Part shown: piece after piece, positions 53,696-64,000 of the stretch
How positions within the stretch are numbered: the stretch's first letter is position 1
How the letters are laid out: each line of letters opens with the position of its first letter
Assembly: GCA_027310565.1 (NCBI GenBank)
Contig: DAIDAP010000011.1
Location: 28,616-92,615, forward strand
Length of the DNA stretch: 64,000 nucleotides
From: Chloroflexota bacterium
GTDB lineage: Bacteria > Chloroflexota > Limnocylindria > P2-11E
Reading direction: 5' to 3'
Notes under the pieces: generated by a model
Told to the model about the DNA's origin: nothing
Seen by the model: only the letters and a program-made list of their open reading frames with translations
Database searches by the model: none
Program-made: the position numbers and the translations under genes

Positions 53696-54168
53696 AGGTC
53701 GTCATCGTCGGCTGCGGCCGGGTGGGCGCGTTCCTCGCGGGGCTGCTGGACGGCGGCGGTCACGACGTGACGGTCGTCGATCTCGAGCGCTCGGCGTTCG
53801 CGCTTTTGCCTGCCGATTTCCACGGGACCACGCTCCTGGGCAACGGGACCGATCTCGACATGCTCCGCCAGGCCGGCGTCGACAAGGCCGACGCGCTGCT
53901 CACGCTCACGCAGGGCGACAATCGCAACCTCATGGCGGCGCAGGTCGCCAAGCAGATCTTCGGCGTGAAGCAGGTCATAGCGAAGGTGAACGACCCGATC
54001 CGCGCGGATCTCTACCGCCAGCACGGCATCGGCACGTTGTCGCGCACCACCATCCTCGGCACCCTCCTCGAGGCGATGCTGATGAACGACCAAGAGGTGG
54101 GCCGGCGCCTCGTCGAGCGCGCGCGCGCGCGCGAGTCCGAGATGGCGCGCGGCCTGAGCGGGGGCTAG
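53692..54168 (+). CDS. TrkA family protein, RCK_N only
   Basis: GTG 53692; VIVGCGRVG, GDNRN, VIAKVNDP. Confidence 0.9.
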   Translation: MKVVIVGCGRVGAFLAGLLDGGGHDVTVVDLERSAFALLPADFHGTTLLGNGTDLDMLRQAGVDKADALLTLTQGDNRNLMAAQVAKQIFGVKQVIAKVNDPIRADLYRQHGIGTLSRTTILGTLLEAMLMNDQEVGRRLVERARARESEMARGLSGG

Positions 54169-54825
54169 ATGTACTTCGTCATCGCCGGCGGCGGCGAGGT
54201 CGGCTTCCACCTCGCGAAGGCGCTCCTCGAGGCCGGCCACGAGATCATGCTCGTCGAGAGCGATCGGCGCCGCGCGCAGTGGATCGAGGAGCAGCTCGGA
54301 TCGGTCGTGCTCAACGGGCCGGCCGACGAGGGGCGCTATCAGATGGAGGCCGGCTGCCAGCGCGCCGACGCGGTCATCGCCGTCACCGGCCAGGATCCGG
54401 CCAACCTCATCATCTGCCAGGTCGCCAAGCTCTGCTGCCACGTCTCGCGGGTCATCGCGCGGGTGAACGACCCCAAGAACGAGATCGTGTTCAAGGCGCT
54501 CGGCATCGACGAGACGATCTCCTCGACGCGCGTGCTCATGGGGGTGATCGAGCAGGAGCTGCCCACCGGCGGCTTCCTTCCGCTCATGCCGCTCACCGGC
54601 TCGCACCTCGAGCTCATCGAGGCGGAGATCGCGTCGGGCGCGCCGTCGGCGGGCAAGACCATCCGCGCGCTCGGGCTGCCCCGCGGCTCGGCGGTCGGCG
54701 GCATCGTCCGCAAGGGCGGCGTGCTGCACGCCGACGACGACACCGCGCTCGAGGTCGGCGATCGCGTCATCGTGCTCGCGCCGACGAGGGACGAGTCCGA
54801 CGTGCGAAAGGCGCTGCTGGGCTAG
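54169..54825 (+). CDS. TrkA family protein, RCK_N + RCK_C
   Basis: IAGGGEVG, VIARVNDPKN, C-terminal GDRVIV. Confidence 0.92.
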   Translation: MYFVIAGGGEVGFHLAKALLEAGHEIMLVESDRRRAQWIEEQLGSVVLNGPADEGRYQMEAGCQRADAVIAVTGQDPANLIICQVAKLCCHVSRVIARVNDPKNEIVFKALGIDETISSTRVLMGVIEQELPTGGFLPLMPLTGSHLELIEAEIASGAPSAGKTIRALGLPRGSAVGGIVRKGGVLHADDDTALEVGDRVIVLAPTRDESDVRKALLG

Positions 54826-55244
54826 CGGACCCGGTACGGGGCCGTGACCGCGACGGTGCCGCTCCGGCGCGAGAGCCTGTGACGCAGCACGAGCGTCCCC
54901 AGCCCTGCGACGCGATCGAGCCACGAGCCGGTGAGCGTCATCGGCAGCACCACGATCACGCACCGGCGCGGCGCGCGCCGGCCGAGCTCGTCGAGGTAGG
55001 TCTCGAGCCGATCGCCGACGTCGCCGTCGGCGTCGACGAGGTCGAGCTCGATCCGATCGGCCCGCCGCCGCCAGCGCTCGCGGATGCGCAGGGCCTCGCC
55101 GCGCTCGGCGGCGACCGCGACGGCGCGCACCGACGCCGTGAGCGAGCGCGCGTACGCGAGCGCCGCCAGCGTGGGACGGTCCAGCCGTACGACGGGCACG
55201 ACCGCGACCGGACCGTTCGCCGCCGTGGTGAGGGCGTCGATCAC
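54822..55244 (-). CDS. Standalone homolog of the KimA cytosolic domain
   Basis: VVPVVRLDRPTLAALAYARSL...VRAV...W...IVVLP...L.LR..L...PY aligns with C-termini of both permeases; GAGGGGG RBS. Confidence 0.78.
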   Translation of the reverse strand: MIDALTTAANGPVAVVPVVRLDRPTLAALAYARSLTASVRAVAVAAERGEALRIRERWRRRADRIELDLVDADGDVGDRLETYLDELGRRAPRRCVIVVLPMTLTGSWLDRVAGLGTLVLRHRLSRRSGTVAVTAPYRVR

Positions 55245-55266
55245 GTGCCGATCGTCCCCCTCGAAG

Positions 55267-55317
55267 CCTCAACGCCGCGTCAACCGTTCGCGCCGGCGCG
55301 TCAACGCACGCTCACAA
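55267..55317 (-). promoter_or_regulatory. OmpR/KdpE-type direct-repeat array
   Basis: TCAAC at 55269, 55280, 55301 and TCACA at 55312 (11/21/11 spacing); CCTCAACGC identical to 49172-49180. Confidence 0.55.
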
Positions 55318-55337
55318 CGCGGCGCTCCCGGCCGGCG

Positions 55338-56051
55338 TCAGGCCTTCGCTTCGGGCGGCGCGGCGGCCGCGTCGGACGTGAGCAGCCGGTAGCCGACGCC
55401 GGGCTCGGTCATGATGTAGCGCGGACGCTGCGGGTCGGGCTCGATCTTCTTGCGCAGCCGCGCGACGTAGACGTGCAGGTAATGGTCCTCGCTCCCGTAC
55501 TCCGGCCCCCACACCTCGCGAAGCAGCATCGGCACGGTGAGCACGCGATCCGCCTTGCGCGCGAGGGCGACGAGCAGCTGGTACTCGGTCGGCGTGAGCC
55601 GCACCTCATCGCCCTCGACCGTCACGCGCCTGCGCTCGAGGTCGATGACGAGCGCGCCCGTGCGGAACACGGGTGAGGGACGGCCGACCGTGTGCCGGAG
55701 CGCCACGCGGATGCGCGCGAGGAGCTCGTCGAGCCCGAACGGCTTCGTCAGGTAGTCGTCCGCGCCGAGATCGAGCGCGCGGACCTTCTGGCCCTCCGCG
55801 TCGCGGGCCGACAGGACGATGATCGGCGCGCTCGTGTGCTCGCGGATGTCGGCGATGAGATCGAGGCCGTCGGCGTCGGGCAGCCCGAGGTCGAGCAGCA
55901 CGACGTCCGGATGGGCCTGCGCCCGCTCCAGCGCCTCACCGGCGCGCTCGGCGACGTCGACCCGGAAGCCACGGCGCTCGAGGTTCGCGCGCACCGCACG
56001 CACGATCGCCGGCTCGTCGTCGACGACGAGCACGCGCGCGCCGCTCGTCAT
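55338..56051 (-). CDS. kdpE: KdpE-like OmpR-family response regulator
   Basis: ATG 56051; DLGLPD.DG, ALDLGADDYLTKPF, VWGPEY, TEPGVGYR. Confidence 0.88.
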   Translation of the reverse strand: MTSGARVLVVDDEPAIVRAVRANLERRGFRVDVAERAGEALERAQAHPDVVLLDLGLPDADGLDLIADIREHTSAPIIVLSARDAEGQKVRALDLGADDYLTKPFGLDELLARIRVALRHTVGRPSPVFRTGALVIDLERRRVTVEGDEVRLTPTEYQLLVALARKADRVLTVPMLLREVWGPEYGSEDHYLHVYVARLRKKIEPDPQRPRYIMTEPGVGYRLLTSDAAAAPPEAKA

Positions 56052-57583
56052 GGCGAGACCACCGCCGCGGCCGGCTCGAGGGCCGGCAGCGTCACGCGAA
56101 AGCGGGCCCCGCCGCCCTCGGCGTCGGCCGCGGCGAGCGTGCCGCCGTGCGCCTCGACGAGGCGCCGGGCGACGGCCAGACCGAGACCGCTCCCGCCGCG
56201 CACGCCCGTCCGCGATCCGCGGGCGAACGGCTGGAACAGTCGGCTGAGATCGCGCGGGTCGAGCCCCGGGCCGTCGTCTTCGACGTCGAGCTCCAGCGCG
56301 CCGTCGCGCGTCCGCGCCCGCACCCGCACGGTCGTCCCCGCGGGGGTGTGGCGCAGGGCGTTCTCCACGAGGTTCGACACCACCTGGTCGATCTCGACCT
56401 GGTCGACGTACACGGGCGGGAGATCCTCCGGGACGTCGACGACGACGCGGTGCGCGACCGCGAGCGGCCGCAGCCGCCCGACGACGTCGTCGACGATGGC
56501 GCCGACGTCGTACCAGTCGCGCTGGGGCCGGATCGCGCCGGATTCGAGCCGCGACAGGTCCAGGAGGTTGTCGACGATCCGGGCCAGCCGGCGCGCCTCG
56601 GTCTCGATGTCCGCGGCGAAGGTCCGGCGCTCCGCCTCGGTCCACTGCACGTCGGGCTGGCGGAGGCTCGCGGCCGAGGCGATGATCGATGCGAGCGGCG
56701 TGCGCAGGTCATGCGAGACCGCGGCGAGCAGAGCGCTCTTCAGCTCGTCCGCGCGCCGCAGCACTTCCGCGCGCGTGGTCGCCTCGGCGAGCTCCGCCCG
56801 CTGGGCCACGGCGTGCAGCGAGCCGGCGATCACCGCGAGCGCCCGCGTCTCCTCCGCGGTGAGAACGGCCGCCGGCCGGTGGATCAGCGTGAGCCGGCCC
56901 GCCCCTCCCGTGCCGCCCCCGAGCGGGATCTCCGAACGCAGCCGGTCCGAGCGTCGTGGTCGTGTTCCCGGCCGCACCACACGGATCCAGCGCGCATCGC
57001 CCGAGCGCGCGCCGTACGCCCCACCGGTGCCGAGCACCTCGGCGTCGTCGAGCCCGGACGCCTCGGCGCCGACGCGGGCCTCGTGCCTTCGCGTGCCGAC
57101 GATCAGCGAGATAAGGACGCCGTCGAGCCGCATCTCCGACCGCAGTCGCCCGGCGACGGCGCGCAGCGCGTCGTCGAGGTCCGATCCGCTCAGCAGCCGC
57201 AGGGCGTCGAAGAGCAGCCGCGCCTCGCGCTCGCGCCGCTCGGCCTGCTCCGCGCGCGCACGCTCGTTGGCGGCGAGCTCGCTCGCGATGATCGCCGTGA
57301 CGAGGAAGAGGCCGAGGGAGATCCATTCTCCCGGCTCCTTGATCGCGAGCTGGCGATAGGGCTCGGTGAACGACCAGTCGTAGATGACGAAGTCGGCGAG
57401 CGACGCCACGATCGCCGGCCCGCGTCCGAGCCGTGTCGCCGCGCCGAGCACGACGATGAGGTACAGGATCGAGATCTGCCCGATCCCCGTGGCCGCGACG
57501 ATCGTGCCGACGAGCGCGCTCATGAGTGCGACGCCGGCGAGGGCGAGCGCGTACGCGCGCCACCCGGCGACGCGGCGGGTCAT
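56048..57583 (-). CDS. KdpD-like sensor kinase (4 TM + GAF-like + kinase) lacking N-terminal KdpD/Usp domains
   Basis: DUF4118-type TM region (FTEPY), AVSHDLRTPL, NLVENA, DDGPG, GSGLGL. Confidence 0.88.
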   Translation of the reverse strand: MTRRVAGWRAYALALAGVALMSALVGTIVAATGIGQISILYLIVVLGAATRLGRGPAIVASLADFVIYDWSFTEPYRQLAIKEPGEWISLGLFLVTAIIASELAANERARAEQAERREREARLLFDALRLLSGSDLDDALRAVAGRLRSEMRLDGVLISLIVGTRRHEARVGAEASGLDDAEVLGTGGAYGARSGDARWIRVVRPGTRPRRSDRLRSEIPLGGGTGGAGRLTLIHRPAAVLTAEETRALAVIAGSLHAVAQRAELAEATTRAEVLRRADELKSALLAAVSHDLRTPLASIIASAASLRQPDVQWTEAERRTFAADIETEARRLARIVDNLLDLSRLESGAIRPQRDWYDVGAIVDDVVGRLRPLAVAHRVVVDVPEDLPPVYVDQVEIDQVVSNLVENALRHTPAGTTVRVRARTRDGALELDVEDDGPGLDPRDLSRLFQPFARGSRTGVRGGSGLGLAVARRLVEAHGGTLAAADAEGGGARFRVTLPALEPAAAVVSP

Positions 57584-57601
57584 GTCGGCGAGAATAGGCG
57601 C

Positions 57602-58600
57602 ATGTTGCGCGCGGCGCGGCTCCTCCTCGTCGGCTCAGCGGCGGCGGCGATCGGCTCGATCGTCTTCATCATGTCGCGGGCCGAGGCGCCCTCGCCGCTC
57701 CTCTTCGCCTTCACCGGCGCCGCGGTGCTGCTCGCCGGGGCGGCCATCACGCTCGAGCCGGATCCGCGGCGCGGCCGCCTCCTCGCGGCGGCGGGTGCGC
57801 TCGCGCTGGGCGGCGCGGGCACGCTCGCGGGCTTCGGCGCGGGCGAGGTCACCTTCCCGGCCGCGGCGCTCGGGGTGCTCGCGGCCTGGTCGGCGGCGAC
57901 GTACCGCTCGCCCCGGTGGGTCGCGCTCGCGTTCGCGGCGTACCTCGCCGTCGGGCTCGCTCTGACCGCCGGTCGTCTGCAGGCGCTCGCCGCCTCGCCC
58001 TTCCTGCTCCCGTCGGTCGTCCTCTGGCCGCTCTCCGCTGCGTTCTTCGTCCCCGGCATCGGCGGTCTCTTCGCGATCTACGCCGCGCTCGGCCTCGCCG
58101 TCGCGCTCGCGTTCGCCGCGTACGCCCGGCCGACGGCGTTCGCCGCGCCACCGAAGTGGCGCTCGGTCGCCCGCGACGCGCTCGTCGCCGGGCTTGCGTT
58201 CGTCGCGTTCGAGGCCGCGCTCGCGCTCGCCCGACCGAGCACGAGCGCGCGAGACGAGCTCGTGCCGCTCGCGGTCGCGGCCATGTTCGCCGCCGCGGCG
58301 ATCCTCGCCCTCGGCGTGCGGCTGCTGCGTGCCGGCGTGCCGGGCGGCCTCGCCGCGACGGTGCTCGGCGCGACGGCGGTCCTCTACGTCGTCACCGCGC
58401 GCCCGACCGTCGAGTGCACGACGAACGGGGCCGCGAGCGGCAGCGGTCCGTGGTGGCTCCCGTACGGCGGCGGCGTGCGCAGCTCCGGAAGCGGCTCGAG
58501 CGACGGCGGCGCGAGCGGGCGGATCGAGCGCGACGACGGCGTCACGATCACCTACCGCTGCGACGAGCGGACGCTGGTCGAGTTCGAGATCCGCCGGTAG
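57602..58600 (+). CDS. Hypothetical multi-pass membrane protein
   Basis: ATG 57602; many hydrophobic segments; small C-terminal Gly/Ser-rich domain with two Cys. Confidence 0.7.
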   Translation: MLRAARLLLVGSAAAAIGSIVFIMSRAEAPSPLLFAFTGAAVLLAGAAITLEPDPRRGRLLAAAGALALGGAGTLAGFGAGEVTFPAAALGVLAAWSAATYRSPRWVALAFAAYLAVGLALTAGRLQALAASPFLLPSVVLWPLSAAFFVPGIGGLFAIYAALGLAVALAFAAYARPTAFAAPPKWRSVARDALVAGLAFVAFEAALALARPSTSARDELVPLAVAAMFAAAAILALGVRLLRAGVPGGLAATVLGATAVLYVVTARPTVECTTNGAASGSGPWWLPYGGGVRSSGSGSSDGGASGRIERDDGVTITYRCDERTLVEFEIRR

Positions 58601-58627
58601 GGGCGACCATGCCGCCCGGCCCGCGCG

Positions 58628-59956
58628 TCACGCGGCGACGGCCTCCTGCACGCCCGGCATCGCGAGGCCCGCGGCGACGCTGGTGAAGGCCGCCGCGTCG
58701 CGCACCGTCGAGCGCGGGAAGCGGGACGCGAGCAGCGCGCGGAACGTCGGGATCGCGCTCGACCCGCCGGTCGTCACGACCTCGCCGATCTCGCCCGTCG
58801 CGACGCCGGCCTTCGCGACGACGCCGTCCAGCATCGCCTCCGTGTCCTCCAGGAGCGCCGCGACGAGGCGCTCGAAGCGCCCGCGCGTGACCCGGGCGTC
58901 CACGTCGACCGCGGCACGGTGATAGGTGAGGATCGTCGCACGGAGCTCGGAGAGCGCGATCTTCGCCGCGTCGCTCGCGAGGAAGATCTCGTACCCGAGC
59001 TGCAGCCCGATCGCGTCCCGCAGCGCGGCGAGCTCGCGCCGCGGGGCGCCCGCGCGGACGAGGTCGTCGAGCGCGTCGAGGAGCGGCTTCTCGTTCAGCG
59101 CGGAGAGCGCGTGCCAGTCGTGCAGCGCGTTCACGATGAACGCGGGCAGCCGCAGCCGCTTGGGTCCCCACTCGGCGCGCGAGCCGAGCCGCGGCGCGAC
59201 CGCGTCGTCGATGAGCCGCTCGGTGCAGCGGTCACCGCCGATGTCGCGGCCGGCCGTCGCCAGGACCCGCAGGCCGTCGTCGTCGCGGCGCACCACGGCG
59301 AGATCCAGCGTGCCGCCGCCGAAGTCGAACACCAGCGTCAGCCCGCGCGCCACGTCGGCCGAGTGCGCCGCGGCCACCGGCTCGTACGCGAACCGCACCG
59401 CGGCGAACCCGGCGATCTCGGCGGCCGCACGCATGCGCGTCACCGCGCGCGCCTCCGCGGCCGGGCCGCCGACGTACTCCACCGGGCGGCCGATCGTGAT
59501 CTCGTCGGGCGTCTCGCCGGTGAGCTCGCGGGCGCGCTCCCGCACGTGCCCGAGGACGATCGCGATGAGCTGCTCGAGGCCGCGGGCCTCGCCGAACACG
59601 TTCGTGCGCACGTCGAGCTCGTCGCCGAGGAAGGTCTTGAGCGCCTGGAACAGCCTGCCGGGCGAGGCGACGTCGGTGAGGATCATCGCCTCGACCGGCT
59701 TCTGGAACGGATTCGAGGACGTGAGCTTCACGCCGAGCGGGAGGTACTCGCGCCTGATCGGCCCGCGCGTGCGGTTGTCCGCGAGGTAGGCCTCGATCGC
59801 CGCCCGTCCGACGTGCGTGGAGCCGTCGCGGCGAACGTACAGGACGGTGGGCATGGCCGCGCCGGCGACCGGATCGAGAGGGAGCACGGTGCTCGTGGCG
59901 CCGTCCCAGACGGCGAGCGACGTGTTGGACGTGCCGAAATCGAGACCGAAACGCAT
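58628..59956 (-). CDS. Hsp70 family protein (YegD-like, ATPase domain only)
   Basis: GLDFGTSNT, IGRPV, EPVAAA, DFGGGTLD, TGGSS. Confidence 0.9.
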   Translation of the reverse strand: MRFGLDFGTSNTSLAVWDGATSTVLPLDPVAGAAMPTVLYVRRDGSTHVGRAAIEAYLADNRTRGPIRREYLPLGVKLTSSNPFQKPVEAMILTDVASPGRLFQALKTFLGDELDVRTNVFGEARGLEQLIAIVLGHVRERARELTGETPDEITIGRPVEYVGGPAAEARAVTRMRAAAEIAGFAAVRFAYEPVAAAHSADVARGLTLVFDFGGGTLDLAVVRRDDDGLRVLATAGRDIGGDRCTERLIDDAVAPRLGSRAEWGPKRLRLPAFIVNALHDWHALSALNEKPLLDALDDLVRAGAPRRELAALRDAIGLQLGYEIFLASDAAKIALSELRATILTYHRAAVDVDARVTRGRFERLVAALLEDTEAMLDGVVAKAGVATGEIGEVVTTGGSSAIPTFRALLASRFPRSTVRDAAAFTSVAAGLAMPGVQEAVAA

Positions 59957-60052
59957 GAGGACCGCTGAGCATAGACGCTCGCGCGCGCGTCGACGCGCCG
60001 CGCGGTCGGGCGAGGACCGCGGCGTCGAACGCGTCGGAGAACGGATCCGATC

Positions 60053-60571
60053 TCAGCCGATCGGTGCGATGAGCAGCAGACCGATCCCTGGTCGCCGGCG
60101 GTCGACGGCGTCCTTCACGTCGAGTCGGCGACCGGTGCCGTCCGGGAACGTGCCGGTCCCGACCGCCGATCCGCCATTCGACACTGTGACGATCGCACCG
60201 AACCGCAGCCTCTCGCCGCTCGCCATCCGCTCGGAGAGCATCTGTCGGATCTGCGTGGTGCCGCTCTCCTTGAACTCGTTCGTGACCGGCTCGCCGCGCG
60301 CGGTGTGGTACGTCCGCGCGTCGGTCACGAACAGCGCCACGACGTCATCGAGCTTTCGCTCGTCGAAGAGCGCGAGGAGCCGTTCGCCGGCGGTTCGGAT
60401 GGTGTTCTCGTCGCACGGAGCGGCGCTCGATCCCGTCCCGCGGGCCGCGCGCGGCGTCGGTGTCGATGGAGCGGTGCATGCGGCAGCCAGTAGCGCCAGC
60501 ACCAGGACGGCGGGAAACCGAGCACTCGCCCCAGCCACTACAAGCGGGCTGCTCGTCTGGTTCCTTGGCAC
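60053..60571 (-). CDS. Hypothetical lipoprotein, possibly NTF2/SnoaL-like
   Basis: LAAAC lipobox; LDDVVALF..DA pattern. Confidence 0.5.
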   Translation of the reverse strand: MPRNQTSSPLVVAGASARFPAVLVLALLAAACTAPSTPTPRAARGTGSSAAPCDENTIRTAGERLLALFDERKLDDVVALFVTDARTYHTARGEPVTNEFKESGTTQIRQMLSERMASGERLRFGAIVTVSNGGSAVGTGTFPDGTGRRLDVKDAVDRRRPGIGLLLIAPIG

Positions 60572-60627
60572 GCCGAGCTCACGGGCGCGACGCTCCAGCG
60601 GGTCGTGCGCGGGCCGGAGGGGGCCGA

Positions 60628-61230
<603 letters not shown>

Positions 61231-61321
61231 GCGTGCGGCACCTCCGCCAGAGGAACGTGCCCGCGGCGGGCCGTGTTCCGGGAGCCGGGGACCGGCCGAT
61301 AGACGGAGCACGGTGAGGAAC

Positions 61322-61351
61322 CTTGACAACCTCGTTGTCAGGCTCTATAGA
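61322..61351 (+). promoter_or_regulatory. hspR-lon promoter with overlapping inverted-repeat operator
   Basis: TTGACA-17 nt-TATAGA; perfect IR TGACAAC-CTC-GTTGTCA (61324-61340). Confidence 0.75.
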
Positions 61352-61357
61352 TGGCAT

Positions 61358-61669
61358 ATGGCAGGTGGGCGCCGGCCGGTCTACGTGATCTCGATCGCGG
61401 CGGACCTCGCCGGCTGCCATCCGCGGACGCTGCGCATCTACGAGGAGGAGGGGCTGCTCGAGCCGGTCCGGACCGAGACGAACATCCGTCTCTACTCCGA
61501 CGAGGACCTGCGGCGCGTGCGCGTGATCCGCTACCTCACGCGGGTGCGCGGCGTGAATCTGGCGGGGGTGAAGCTGCTGCTGCAGTTCCGCGACGCGGCG
61601 GACCTCCTCGAGCAGCTGGCGAGCGAGCTCGACGACGCGGGCGCGGACGACGGGGAGAGAGCGCTGTGA
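61358..61669 (+). CDS. hspR: HspR-like MerR-family repressor
   Basis: PVYVISIAADLAGCHPRTLRIYE..GL..P.RT...RLYS; GVNLAGV. Confidence 0.85.
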   Translation: MAGGRRPVYVISIAADLAGCHPRTLRIYEEEGLLEPVRTETNIRLYSDEDLRRVRVIRYLTRVRGVNLAGVKLLLQFRDAADLLEQLASELDDAGADDGERAL

Positions 61670-61744
61670 GGTCGATCGAACGGGTCGACGCGAAGTGAGT
61701 CAGGCCGCCCGCACCGAGAACACGGAAAGAGGGAACCAAGGAAG

Positions 61745-64000
<2,256 letters not shown>

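Overview
High-GC bacterial chromosome segment. Gene content and order suggest a monoderm Chloroflexota-like lineage (inference only). 1-5.9 kb is the end of a defence island: hsdS, a Fic gene, and hsdR fused to a Schlafen/AlbA_2 domain. It is bounded by a decayed copy of the 3' end of upp, a likely integration scar. The rest is mostly core genome: wecA-like gene, DUF72, S9 peptidase, a lipoprotein with a C-terminal Hint autoprocessing domain, corA, a complete F1Fo ATP synthase operon, a DtxR/FTR1 metal module, mreB, a 14-kb cluster with eight GT-C glycosyltransferases, an atypical DegS/DegU-like triad, hpt-spoIID, rsmG, a K+ homeostasis locus (two KimA-like permeases, USP, two TrkA, a standalone KimA cytosolic domain, truncated KdpD/KdpE), an Hsp70-like gene, msrA and hspR-lon (lon runs off the right edge). 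I saw no rRNA, tRNA, CRISPR array or transposase. Best novelty candidates: the HsdR-Schlafen/Fic RM system, the Hint lipoprotein, the kinase/Asp-less regulator/pseudokinase triad, the standalone KimA domain and the GT-C cluster. All calls come from motif recognition by eye; no database searches were run.
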